Position numbers and translations under genes: made by a program
Notes under the pieces: model-generated
Database searches by the model: none
What the model was told of the DNA's origin: nothing
The model's input: the letters and a program-made list of their open reading frames with translations, nothing else
Shown: piece after piece, positions 1-9,221 of the stretch
How positions within the stretch are numbered: the first letter of the stretch is position 1
Layout of the letters: each line of letters opens with the position of its first letter
From: Pseudomonadota bacterium
GTDB taxonomy: Bacteria; Pseudomonadota; Alphaproteobacteria; ATCC43930; CGMCC-115725
DNA: 55,206 bases
Direction of reading: 5' to 3'
NCBI GenBank assembly: GCA_021812165.1
Contig: JAKAOO010000001.1
Span: 6,045-61,250 of the forward strand

Positions 1-2
1 GC

Positions 3-371
3 ACGGTCGAAGCCTATAATGAAGGCGCCGCGAAGGGAGAGGATCCGGCGTTCGGCCGCGGCGGCAATGCCTATCAGCGCTACGTCGGCGACAGCGATCA
101 GAAGCCCAACCCCTGCGTCGCGCCGATCGAGACCCCGCCCTTTTACGCGGTCGCGCTTTATCCGGGCGATCTCGGCACTTCCGCCGGGCTTCAAACCGAC
201 GCCGCGGCGCGCGTTCTCGGCGCGGGCGGCACGCCGATCCGCCGCCTCTACGCCTGCGGCAACGATATGAGTTCGCTGATGCGCGGCGCCTATCCGGGCC
301 CGGGCATCACCTTGGGTCCCGCGCTCACTTTCGGCTATCTCGCCGCGCGCGACATCGCTTCCACCGGATAA
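3..371 (+). CDS. FAD-dependent oxidoreductase, C-terminal 122 codons (5' end outside window; KstD/fumarate-reductase-flavoprotein-like)
   Basis: Frame 3 is open from the window edge to TAA at 369-371. The translation ends ...RRLYACGNDMSSLMRGAYPGPGITLGPALTFGYLAARDIASTG, typical of the C-terminal FAD-contact segment of this flavoprotein class. It is absent from the ORF track because it has no start in the window. Confidence 0.6.
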   Translation, partial: TVEAYNEGAAKGEDPAFGRGGNAYQRYVGDSDQKPNPCVAPIETPPFYAVALYPGDLGTSAGLQTDAAARVLGAGGTPIRRLYACGNDMSSLMRGAYPGPGITLGPALTFGYLAARDIASTG

Positions 372-379
372 AGGCCCCC

Positions 380-745
380 TCACGCGTCGGCGGGAGGTGT
401 GGTGACGACGAGGAATACGAGGTCCTGGAGGCCCGAATTGTAGATCGCGTGCTCGACGCCGGGGGGAATATGGATGACGTCGTGGCGGCGCACCACGCGC
501 CGCTCGCCGTCGAGCTCCATCAGGCCTTCGCCTTCGAGCACATGATAGATCTGCTCCTGCACCTTGTGGCGGTGCGGCGCGACATGGCCTTTGGGCTGAT
601 AGGATGAGATCCGGTAATCGAGGCGCTCGCTTTTCGCGGTCTTGGGATTGATGAGCATCTTCGAATGCGCGTCATAGTGCTCGGGCGGCGTCTCCCAGAG
701 GATTTCGGCGATGTTGCGGATGCTGGCTGCGTTGCGTTCATACAT
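380..745 (-). CDS. cupin domain protein
   Basis: 121 aa. Cupin motifs are present: HRHKVQEQIYHVLEGEG...HIPPGVEHAIYN. Confidence 0.75.
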   Translation of the reverse strand: MYERNAASIRNIAEILWETPPEHYDAHSKMLINPKTAKSERLDYRISSYQPKGHVAPHRHKVQEQIYHVLEGEGLMELDGERRVVRRHDVIHIPPGVEHAIYNSGLQDLVFLVVTTPPADA

Positions 746-843
746 GGGGGCTTTCTCCGGGTCTGTTTGCGGGCAGGCGCCGCAAACGAATATGATAGAT
801 TGCGACCGGTCAACGGGCGACCGGCGAAGAGGGGAAAGGCGTC

Positions 844-2604
844 ATGGCAAAGAGTGCGGAGCTTGAGGCGCGTACCGAAATGCGCGACGGCATGCGGATC
901 ACCTGGAACGAGCCCATAAGGGTGGATGACGGCTTGGTCCTGCGCGCGGATGTCTATCGCCCCGTCGAGGAAGGCCGCTACCCCGTCATCCTCACTTACG
1001 GAATTTACGGGAAGGGACTCTCCTACCAGGAGGGCTACCCGCACCAATGGGAGAAGATGGTGGCCGACCACCCCGAGATCCTCATCGGCTCGACCAACAA
1101 ATACCAGAACTGGGAGGTGACCGATCCCGAGCGCTGGGTGCCGCACGGCTATGCGGTGGTCCGCGTCGATTCGCGCGGCGCCGGCTGTTCGCCGGGCTTT
1201 ATGGATCCTAATTCGGAGCGCGAGATCGCGGATCTATTCGCGTGCATCGAGTGGGCCGGCACGCGGCCGTGGTCCAACGGCAAAGTCGGCATGCTCGGCA
1301 TTTCCTATTACGCCAGCAATCAATGGCGCGCCGCCGCGAGGCACCCGCCGCACCTTGCCGCCATCATCCCATGGGAAGGGCAAAACGACCGCTATCGCGA
1401 CAGCGGATACCACGGCGGCATCCTCTGCGAGTTCCAAAAGCTTTGGGCGAAACATCAGGTGCGGAACGTTCAATACGGGCTCGGCGAGAGGGCGCGGAAA
1501 AGCCCGAATACCGGCGAAGGGATCGCCGGGCCGGTGACGCTTTCGGACGAGGAGCTCGCCCGAAACCGCGTCGACGCCTTCGAGGATCTCAAAAAGCACC
1601 CGCTCGACGACGCCTGGCACCGCACGCACTCCGCCGATCTTGCGAAGGTCGAGGTGCCGCTTCTCACCTGCGCCAACTGGGGCGGGCAGGGCATTCACCC
1701 GCGCGGCAACTTCAACGGCTTTACGGAAACCGCGTCGAAAGAGAAATGGCTCGAGGTCCACGGCGACTCGCATTGGTCGCTCTTCTCATCGGGCTACGGC
1801 GTCTCGCTCCAAAAGCGCTTTTTCGATCACTTTCTGAAGGGCGCGGACAACGGCTGGGAAAAGACCCCGCCCATCACCCTCAATATCCGCCATCCGGGCG
1901 AGAAATTCGTTCCGAGATACGAAAACGAGTGGCCGCTCGGCCGCACCCGTTGGACGAAATTCCATCTCGACCCAGGCGCAATGTCGCTCGGCCCGCAGCC
2001 TGTCGCGCGCGCCGGCAGGATCGAGTACGACGCCTTGGGCGAGGGCTTGACGTTCAGGATGGCGCCGATGGAGCGCGCGACCGAGATCACGGGGCCGCTT
2101 GCGGCGCGCCTCTTCATTTCGTCTTCGACAGAGGATGCCGACCTCTTTCTCATCGTTCGCGTGTTCGATCCCGAGGGCCAAGAACTCACCTTCATGGGCT
2201 CGACCGATCCCAACACCCCGATCGCCAACGGTTGGCTTCGCGCTTCGCACCGCCGGCTCGACCCGGAGCGAAGCAGGCCCTATCGGCCCTATCACCCCCA
2301 TGACCGGGTCGAGCCTTTGACCCCGGGAGAGATCTACGAGTGCGAGGTCGAAATCCTCCCGACCTCGATCGTGGTCCCCGCCGGTTGGCGGGTGGCGCTC
2401 AGCGTGCGCGGCAAGGACTACGAGTACACGGGGCCGCTCTCGGAGTTCGGCAAAAGGTTCCACTATGCGACGCGCGGCACGGGCGGCATGACCCACAACG
2501 ATCCCGAGAACCGGCCGCCGCAGGTTTTCGGCGGAAAGGTGACGCTCCACGCGGGCGGCCCGCACGACTCATACCTGCTCGTGCCGATCATCCCGGGAAA
2601 GTGA
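844..2604 (+). CDS. CocE/NonD family hydrolase (X-Pro dipeptidyl-peptidase S15-like)
   Basis: 586 aa. N-terminal LRADVYRP...YPVILTYGIYGKG, VDSRGAGCSPG, nucleophile elbow GISYYA, and the C-terminal beta-jelly-roll region typical of the family. Confidence 0.85.
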   Translation: MAKSAELEARTEMRDGMRITWNEPIRVDDGLVLRADVYRPVEEGRYPVILTYGIYGKGLSYQEGYPHQWEKMVADHPEILIGSTNKYQNWEVTDPERWVPHGYAVVRVDSRGAGCSPGFMDPNSEREIADLFACIEWAGTRPWSNGKVGMLGISYYASNQWRAAARHPPHLAAIIPWEGQNDRYRDSGYHGGILCEFQKLWAKHQVRNVQYGLGERARKSPNTGEGIAGPVTLSDEELARNRVDAFEDLKKHPLDDAWHRTHSADLAKVEVPLLTCANWGGQGIHPRGNFNGFTETASKEKWLEVHGDSHWSLFSSGYGVSLQKRFFDHFLKGADNGWEKTPPITLNIRHPGEKFVPRYENEWPLGRTRWTKFHLDPGAMSLGPQPVARAGRIEYDALGEGLTFRMAPMERATEITGPLAARLFISSSTEDADLFLIVRVFDPEGQELTFMGSTDPNTPIANGWLRASHRRLDPERSRPYRPYHPHDRVEPLTPGEIYECEVEILPTSIVVPAGWRVALSVRGKDYEYTGPLSEFGKRFHYATRGTGGMTHNDPENRPPQVFGGKVTLHAGGPHDSYLLVPIIPGK

Positions 2605-2637
2605 GCGCATGAGGCTTGTTGGTCTTCTCGGGCGGCG

Positions 2638-3072
2638 TTACGGATCGAGGGGAGGCTGCGGGCGATGCTTCTGCCGCCACGCCCGCACGAAAGTGGCCGG
2701 GGCTGCGATCGGGATGCCTCGGAACGGGTTGAGCGCGAGAAGATCGCCGTCCCCGGAAACGATCACATCGGCACGGCCGTTGACGGCCAGCTCCAGAAAT
2801 TTGTCGTCCTTCGGATCACGACAAGAAACGATGCGCTCGCCGACCGCAACCAGCTCGGCGGCCGCCATCAACCGAGCGAGCCAATCCCGGAACGACGGGG
2901 GGATCAACGGCGCAAGACGCGGGCGCGCAAGCGTGACGAACAGCTCCCGCTCAGTCATCGTCGATTTGAGAAGAGTGCCGCTCTCCAACACGATGCGAAC
3001 GGCGAGACCCGGAAGCGATCTCTCCTTCAGCGCCGCGCTGATGAGGACATTCGTGTCGACGACTGCCCTCAT
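2638..3072 (-). CDS. PIN-domain toxin (PIN_3-type TA toxin component)
   Basis: 144 aa starting MRAVVDTNVLISAAL, with later acidic residues (SGDGDLL). It shares a 4-nt overlap with the upstream small ORF. Confidence 0.8.
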   Translation of the reverse strand: MRAVVDTNVLISAALKERSLPGLAVRIVLESGTLLKSTMTERELFVTLARPRLAPLIPPSFRDWLARLMAAAELVAVGERIVSCRDPKDDKFLELAVNGRADVIVSGDGDLLALNPFRGIPIAAPATFVRAWRQKHRPQPPLDP

Positions 3073-3299
3073 CCGAGAAGCGGTTGCGCTTGCGTGCGGG
3101 CTTCCTCGATGATCCGGTCGATATCCTCATCGCTCAGCCCGGCAGCGATTACGCGCGCGCGCGCTTCCCGTCGGCCGGGGATCAATTCGCGAGGCTCGAT
3201 CGTAACGGTGACGCGGTCTTGCGGATCGAAGCCCCGGCGGATCAACTCTCGCGCAACCTTCTCCACTGTGGTTTCGATCACTTCGCTTTGGGACGGCAT
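3069..3299 (-). CDS. putative cognate antitoxin (small acidic protein)
   Basis: 76 aa from the ATG at 3299, preceded by GAGGAG. Its stop overlaps the PIN start (ATGA at 3069-3072). No recognisable RHH/AbrB motif, so the call rests on position only. Confidence 0.5.
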   Translation of the reverse strand: MPSQSEVIETTVEKVARELIRRGFDPQDRVTVTIEPRELIPGRREARARVIAAGLSDEDIDRIIEEARTQAQPLLG

Positions 3300-3428
3300 G
3301 GTGTTCGCTCCTCTGCCGCAGAATCTAGGCGGGCCCCGGCGCAGCGTCAAACTTGCCGGACGTCCGGGTGTATCTCAGTGTGCACCGCGCCCTCTTCGGG
3401 GGGATCACAGCGCCGATAAGGGGAGCGG

Positions 3429-4454
3429 ATGAGAGACCCACGGCCCACAATGCGGGCGCTCATCTGCCGAGAATGGGGTAGCGTCGATGGGCTGGAGCTT
3501 GGCGAAACGCCCGTTCCCGAGCCCGCCCCGAGCGAGGTGCTGATCCGCGTCAAGGCGACCGCGGTCAACTACGCCGACTCGGTCATGGTGGCGGGCCGCT
3601 ACCAGACGAAGCCGGCGCTGCCGTTCAGCCCCGGCCTGGAGACGGCGGGCGTGGTGGCGGCGTGCGGCCCGGATGCGGGCGGCTTCAAGCCGGGCGACCG
3701 GGTGATGGCGATCCTCGCCTATGGCGGGTTCGCCGAATTCGCGGTGGCTTCGGCCAAGGAGACTTGGCTCATTCCCGAGGGCATGAGCTTTGCCGAGGCG
3801 GGTGCGTTTCCCATCGCCTACCTTTCGAGCCATGCGGCGATCCGCTGGCAAGGGCGCCTCGAAGCGGGCGAAACCATGCTCGTTCTCGGCGCGGCGGGCG
3901 GCGTCGGCCTCGCCGCGGTGGAGATCGGCAAAGCCTTGGGCGCGCGCGTCATCGCCGCCGCCGGCACGACCGAGAAGCTGGCGGTGGCGCTCGCCCATGG
4001 GGCGGACGCGGGGATCGAGTATTCGCGGGAAAAGCTGGGCGAGCGGGTATTGGCGTTGACCGAAGGCAAAGGAGCCGATCTTTGCTTCGATCCGGTAGGC
4101 GGCGCGCTCTTCGACGCCGCGCTCTCCTCGCTCGGATGGGGAGGGCGCATCCTCCTCATGGGCTTCGTCGGCGGGGTGCCGCAGATACCGGCGAACCGGC
4201 TGCTCGTCAAACACCGCGCGGCGCTCGGCTCGTCGCTGCGCTATTTCCGCTGGTATGCGCCGGAGAAACTCAGGAAGTCGGCGGAGGAATTGTTGCGCTG
4301 GTACGGCGAGGGGAGCCTCAAGCCTCTCATCACCCATCGCCTGCCGTTGGAGCGGGGCGTCGAAGCGATCCGCCTTCTGACCGACCGCAAGGCGCACGGC
4401 AAGGTCGTCGTCGAGTTGGACGGTGTCCCGAGCTCGTCGAAGGAGCCTTCGTGA
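3429..4454 (+). CDS. NADPH:quinone oxidoreductase / zinc-type alcohol dehydrogenase family
   Basis: 341 aa. Motifs: EVLIRVKATAVNYAD, Rossmann GETMLVLGAAGGVGLAAVEIGKALGARV, and C-terminal HGKVVV. AAGGGGAG lies upstream of the ATG at 3429. An alternative start is at 3450. Confidence 0.85.
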   Translation: MRDPRPTMRALICREWGSVDGLELGETPVPEPAPSEVLIRVKATAVNYADSVMVAGRYQTKPALPFSPGLETAGVVAACGPDAGGFKPGDRVMAILAYGGFAEFAVASAKETWLIPEGMSFAEAGAFPIAYLSSHAAIRWQGRLEAGETMLVLGAAGGVGLAAVEIGKALGARVIAAAGTTEKLAVALAHGADAGIEYSREKLGERVLALTEGKGADLCFDPVGGALFDAALSSLGWGGRILLMGFVGGVPQIPANRLLVKHRAALGSSLRYFRWYAPEKLRKSAEELLRWYGEGSLKPLITHRLPLERGVEAIRLLTDRKAHGKVVVELDGVPSSSKEPS

Positions 4455-5209
4455 TGGAGATCCGCCTTTCCCACCATGGCCGGCACGTCGCCATCATCAC
4501 CATCGACAACGAGCGGCACCTCAACGCGATGACGCGTCAGATGTTCTTCGAACTCGGGCGCCTTTGGGACGCGCTGGAGCGCGACGATTGCCGCGCGATT
4601 ATTTTGACGGGCGCCGGCTCGCGCGCGTTCAGCGTCGGCGCCGACATGAGGGGCGACCTTTCCGCCGACTCGGAGACGGCGCGCATGGTCAACCACGCGC
4701 TCCTCAAAAACGACCCCTATTCGAAGCCGATCATCGCCGCCCTCAATGGCGACTGCATTGGCGGCGGCCTCGAGCTGATGCTCTCGACCGACATCCGCGC
4801 CGCCGTGCCGAGCGCGCGTTTTGGCCTCCCCGAAGTCAAATGGTCGATCTATCCGTTCGGCGGCTCGACCATCAAGCTCGTGCAGCAGATCGGCCACGTG
4901 CACGCCATGGACCTGCTTCTGACGGCGCGCTTGATCCGTGCCGAGGAGGCGCTGCGATTGGGCCTCGTCAACCGTCTGGCGGCGCCGGACGAGCTCCTGG
5001 GCTGGGCGATCGAGACCGCGGAGAGGATCGCCGCGAACAGCCCCTCGGCGGTGCAGGCGGTGAAGCGCCAGGTGAGCGCCACGATTGCCGATCACGGCCG
5101 CGCCCGCGAGGCTTTGGAGCAGGAACTCGGCGACGCGGTCAGAAAAAGCCCGCACTTTGCCGAAGGCGTCGCGGCGTTTCGCGAGAAGCGCGCGCCGCGC
5201 TACGAGTGA
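4454..5209 (+). CDS. enoyl-CoA hydratase/isomerase (crotonase) family
   Basis: Starts MEIRLSHHGRHVAIITIDNERHLNAM. Crotonase oxyanion segments are present: GAGSRAFSVGADM, and NGDCIGGGLELMLSTDIR. TGATG overlap with the upstream stop. AAGGAG lies 8 nt upstream. Confidence 0.85.
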   Translation: MEIRLSHHGRHVAIITIDNERHLNAMTRQMFFELGRLWDALERDDCRAIILTGAGSRAFSVGADMRGDLSADSETARMVNHALLKNDPYSKPIIAALNGDCIGGGLELMLSTDIRAAVPSARFGLPEVKWSIYPFGGSTIKLVQQIGHVHAMDLLLTARLIRAEEALRLGLVNRLAAPDELLGWAIETAERIAANSPSAVQAVKRQVSATIADHGRAREALEQELGDAVRKSPHFAEGVAAFREKRAPRYE

Positions 5210-5239
5210 GGGCGCGGGAAGGCGACTGCTTCCTGCCTC

Positions 5240-7093
5240 TCACCCGGGAGCCGCGGCGTCTTGGGGAGCGATGACACTCTCCGAGAAGGGCGGGCGCAGG
5301 AGAGCCTCGCAATCCCGAGCCAGCATCAGATTGCCGAGGAAGAGGACGTCCATCCGCGTGCGCAAGAAACAATCGAGCGCCTCTTCAGGGCGACAGACTA
5401 CCGGCTCGTTTTCATTGAACGAGGTGTTGAGCACCATCGGCACACCGGTCAGATCGCGGAAAGCGCCGATGAGGCGGTGGTAGAGCGGATTGGCGTCGCG
5501 GGTGACGGTTTGCAGGCGGCCGGAACCGTCGACATGGGTGACGGCCGGGATAAGGGTCCGCTTTTCTTCGCGGATCTGGAAGACCTGCATCATAAAGGGC
5601 ACCGCGTCGTCTTCCTCGAACCATTCCGCGGCCGCCTCGGCGAGCACCGAGGGAGCAAAGGGGCGAAAGGACTCGCGCCGTTTGATCTTGGCGTTGAGGA
5701 CCCTTTTCATATCGGCCCGTCGCGGATCGCAGAGGATCGAGCGGTTGCCGAGTGCTCTCGGGCCCCACTCCATGCGGCCCTGGAACCAGCCGACGACCTT
5801 GCCTTCGGCGATGGCTTCGGCGGCCGTTCGGCAAAGCTCACGCTCGGTTTCGATCCCGGTGAGGACGCAGCCCGAAGCGTCGATTTCTCCGCGCTGCGCG
5901 GCGATGAGGGTCGCAATCTCGGAAGGGCCAAACCCCGGGCCCCAGAACGCGTGGTCCATGACAAAAGACCGCGCGCCGCCCTGCCGGTGCCAAAGAGAGT
6001 AGGCGGCGCCGATAGCGCCTCCGGCGTCGCCTGCCGCCGGCTGCACGTAAACGCGGCGAAACGGCGTCATCCGCCGGATCTTGCCGTTGGCGACGGAATT
6101 CATCGCGCAACCGCCGGCAAGCGCGATGTCGGTGAGGCCGAGGCGCCGGTGCACGGCGCCGAGGAGATGAAAGAACGCCTCTTCGTACATCGCCTGGAGC
6201 GAGCGGGCGATGTCGCGGTGCCGCGCTTCGAGCGGGGCTTCCGGCCTGCGGCGCGGTCCCAAAAGCACTTCGAGCGCGGGCGAAAAAAGATCTCCGAAGG
6301 AGGGAGAGCCGCCGTTCCAGGAAAAGGCGATGCGCTCTCGATGATGCCGAAAATAGGCAAGATCGAGCGTAAAGGCGCCGTCGGCTCCGAGCCTCACGAT
6401 CCGGCGCATGGCGTCCAAATGGGACGGCGTACCATAAGGGGCGAGACCCATCACCTTGTATTCGTCGCCGTAATGGGAAAACCCGAGATACTGGGTCAGA
6501 GCCTGATAGAAGAGGCCGAGCGAATGCGGGAAATAGACGCGCCCCTCCATGTCGATGCGACTGCCATGGCCCCGCCCCCAAGCGGCGCTTGCGAAATCGC
6601 CGAAACCATCGACCGATACCACGGCGGCTTCCGCAAAGGGCGAGACGTGGAAGGCCGAGGAAAGGTGGGAGAGGTGATGCTCGACATGATGAAAGGCGCC
6701 GCGGAAGGGTTCGCCTGGAAACGCCTGGCGGAGAAGAGCGGGGATCGCTTCGCGCTTTTGCCGATGTTGCAGCCGTCCGCGCAGAAGAGATAGACCGGAC
6801 GGATGCGCGAGAAGATAGGCAAGGCGCCGCAATCGGTGAGCGCGGCTATCCTGATTGACTGCGACATGGTCGACGTCGCTGAGGCGCACCCCTGCTTCCT
6901 CGAAGCAATACCCGATGGCCCGCGAAGGAAACCCCGCCCAGTGCTTGATCCGACGAAACCGTTCCTCCTCGGCCGCCGCAACGAGCCGTCCATCGCGGAT
7001 GATTGCGGCCGCGCTGTCGCTATGAAAGGCGTTGATGCCGAGAATGATCATGGGTCTCGCCATGCGTGGTGTTGCCAGCACGGCCGAGCTCAT
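5240..7093 (-). CDS. carbamoyltransferase (NodU/CmcH family)
   Basis: 617 aa. ILGINAFHSDSAAAIIRDGRLVAAAEEERFRRIKH N-terminus and conserved C-terminal LNTSFNENEPVV. Confidence 0.9.
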   Translation of the reverse strand: MSSAVLATPRMARPMIILGINAFHSDSAAAIIRDGRLVAAAEEERFRRIKHWAGFPSRAIGYCFEEAGVRLSDVDHVAVNQDSRAHRLRRLAYLLAHPSGLSLLRGRLQHRQKREAIPALLRQAFPGEPFRGAFHHVEHHLSHLSSAFHVSPFAEAAVVSVDGFGDFASAAWGRGHGSRIDMEGRVYFPHSLGLFYQALTQYLGFSHYGDEYKVMGLAPYGTPSHLDAMRRIVRLGADGAFTLDLAYFRHHRERIAFSWNGGSPSFGDLFSPALEVLLGPRRRPEAPLEARHRDIARSLQAMYEEAFFHLLGAVHRRLGLTDIALAGGCAMNSVANGKIRRMTPFRRVYVQPAAGDAGGAIGAAYSLWHRQGGARSFVMDHAFWGPGFGPSEIATLIAAQRGEIDASGCVLTGIETERELCRTAAEAIAEGKVVGWFQGRMEWGPRALGNRSILCDPRRADMKRVLNAKIKRRESFRPFAPSVLAEAAAEWFEEDDAVPFMMQVFQIREEKRTLIPAVTHVDGSGRLQTVTRDANPLYHRLIGAFRDLTGVPMVLNTSFNENEPVVCRPEEALDCFLRTRMDVLFLGNLMLARDCEALLRPPFSESVIAPQDAAAPG

Positions 7094-7310
7094 GCCGGCT
7101 CGGATGGTTGTTTCGAGCGAACGGGTATCCCAAAGGGAGACGGATTTTCGGCCTCAGGCGGCCGGCGCGCGACGGCAATCAGTGACTTCGCAAAGGGATC
7201 AATCCGCCCCACCCGAAAAAATCGGATCGCGACGAAACCGCCCTCCCTCAGCAACGTGGCAAGCGCCCGCTGCGACCAAAACTTGATATGTCCATGGTCC
7301 CAAAACGGCT
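7090..7310 (-). pseudogene. class I SAM-dependent methyltransferase, 3' fragment only (5' part replaced by IS630 remnant)
   Basis: The last ~70 codons read ...WDHGHIKFWSQRALATLLREGGFVAIRFFRVG, a typical methyltransferase C-terminus. The stop overlaps the carbamoyltransferase start (ATGA at 7090-7093). Upstream of ~7310 the frame is antisense to an IS630 transposase fragment. Confidence 0.5.
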
Positions 7311-7626
7311 TTTGGTCAATGCCACCGCACCGATCTTCCTCATCGTCGATCGGCATCCGACCCATCGGGCGAAGTCGGTAGCGTGCTTCCTCGCCGGGCA
7401 AGCCGGCAAGCTGGCGCTGTTCTTCCTCCCGCCCTATTCGCCGGAATTGAACCCTGACGAGCTGGTGTGGAACGATCTCAAGACCCACAGCCTCGGACGC
7501 CGGGCCATCACTTCGCTGGCGCAGATACGGCAGATGGTGATCTCGCATCTCCGGCAGTTGCAGAAGATGCCTGGACTGGTGCGCAGCTTCTTCCTTGCGC
7601 CGACGACACGCTATGCGTGCACGTGA
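7288..7626 (+). mobile_element. IS630-family transposase, C-terminal fragment (remnant)
   Basis: IFLIVDRHPTHRAKSV...LFFLPPYSPELNPDELVWNDLK is the DDE C-terminal signature of IS630/Tc1-mariner-type transposases. No N-terminal DNA-binding or first-Asp region is present. An AT-rich tail follows at 7627-7660. Confidence 0.7.
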
Positions 7627-7662
7627 TTGCAACTATTATGGAACGGTTAATATTTTTTCGCA

Positions 7663-8715
7663 TTGAAGTCGCGAGCCCTGGCGAAAGGCGCGCTGAAGGT
7701 CATTGACGAGGCTTCCTATCTGCACGACAAACAGCAGGTCATCCTCGACCACGAGCTCACCTTGGCGTCCCGGCTCCGTGCTCTGGGGTTCTCGACCGGG
7801 GTCGCGTTCACTTGTCCGCAGGCAGACTCGGCGTCGAAAAACCCGACGGTCCATTTCTGGCGCCCGCTCGTCGACGCGGGGTTCCCGTTCGTGAAGGTGT
7901 CGCTGGTCACGGCTGGATTTGTCGCTATCGACGACCCGGAGCTCGCCAAGGTTCTCGGTGCCGAGTGGACCGAACTCCTAAAGGATCACCTTCGGCGTCG
8001 CCGGCCCTCCGATGGTTACCGTGCGGCAGATACAAATCTGCCGGCGCAGCCCGCGATAAGCATCGAAGCCCGATTCGGGGACAACGGCGCTCTCCAAGCC
8101 TATAATCCGACGTGGGCTCAGGCTCTGCCGGTTGTCGTCCCTCTCGACGACCTCGACGACACCGGACCGAAGGATCCTCTTGGTCCGGCGGTCTTGGCGG
8201 CCATCCACTGCTTCTATCTGGATGAGGCGGAGAGAATCCTGGCGAACCTCGCCAGACTGCCATTGAATCTACGCGCGCTTCTGACGACCGACACGCAGGA
8301 TAAGGCCGCCCGCATCGAGGCTTTTCTGGTCCGTTTCGGCCTTCGCGGAGAAGTGGTCGTCGCCCCGAACCGAGGCCGAAACCTGGCGCCGTTCCTCGTT
8401 GAAATCCCGCGTCGTCTCCGCAGAGAAGGGATCGTCCTCCACCTTCACACCAAGAAGTCGCCGCATGACGTCGGTCTGGCTGACTGGGCGCGCTTCGTGC
8501 GCCGGAACCTTGTTGGCTCACCAGAGATCGTGCGCTCGATTTTGCACTTGCTGGAGCAGCAGGAGATCGGCGTCGTCTATTCCGAGCATTTCGGTCCCGT
8601 CGAGGGTCTCAGGAACTGGGGCTTCGATTTTCTGCATGCGCGCCGCCTAATGAGGAGGCTCGGGGTAACATCGTCCGCGGACTTCCTGTTGGATTTCCCG
8701 ACCGGGTCGATGTTT
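7663..8715 (+). pseudogene. rhamnan-synthesis-F (RgpF)-type glycosyltransferase, part 1 (5'-truncated, interrupted at 8715/8716)
   Basis: IHCFYLDEAERILANL...APNRGRNLAPFL...LHLHTKKSPH...FPTGSMF matches RgpF-family motifs. The frame leaves the family sequence directly after GSMF, at an insertion. Confidence 0.7.
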
Positions 8716-8823
8716 AGGTCAAAGAGGCTTATCCCTGTGCGTCCGGGGCCGCAAAATGTTGTGGTGGGTGGGGTTGGTTTGTGATAGAACAAAGCACGAA
8801 CATAATCGGTTTTGGGTGACAGG

Positions 8824-8913
8824 ATGACCGACTTTCCACGCTCCCTGATCGAGTTCCAGAAGCGCTTCCCGGATGAGGCGGCCTGCGTCGAATATCTGTT
8901 CGCGGCGCGCTGA
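8824..8913 (+). pseudogene. IS1595-family transposase, first 29 codons only
   Basis: MTDFPRSLIEFQKRFPDEAACVEYLFAAR then stop. This is the conserved N-terminus of IS1595-type transposases, cut before the zinc-ribbon. Confidence 0.55.
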
Positions 8914-9185
8914 CTCTCGACGATCTCGATGTGCCTTTTATCAGCGCGTTCCTCGCTGATCTCGAGACGCAGCGCGGCGCCAGCGCCAGGACGCGCAACT
9001 TGCGCCTGACGGCCGTTCGCTCATTCTTCCGGTTCGCCTCCTTCGAGGAACCGGCGCATAGCGCCCTGATCCAGAGAGTCCTCGCGATACCGAGCAAGCG
9101 CCACGACAAGTCTCAGGTCCACTTCCTGACACGGCCCGAAATCGAGGCGATCTTCGCCGCTCCCGATCGCACGACATGGCTTTGA
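8910..9185 (+). pseudogene. tyrosine recombinase/integrase, N-terminal SAM-like domain fragment
   Basis: LTLDDLDVPFISAFLADLETQRGASARTRNLRLTAVRSFFRFA...VHFLTRPEIEAIFAAPDRTTW then stop. There is no catalytic domain. Confidence 0.6.
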
Positions 9186-9221
9186 ACCGCTCCGAGATTT
9201 TCGGAGGCGATTTTGCTTGAG

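Noticed and set aside
3662-4453. Upstream extension of the crotonase ORF (track ORF 3662-5209).
   Set aside because: It overlaps the quinone oxidoreductase gene out of frame and is Arg-rich. The family sequence begins at the ATG at 4454, which has an AAGGAG RBS.
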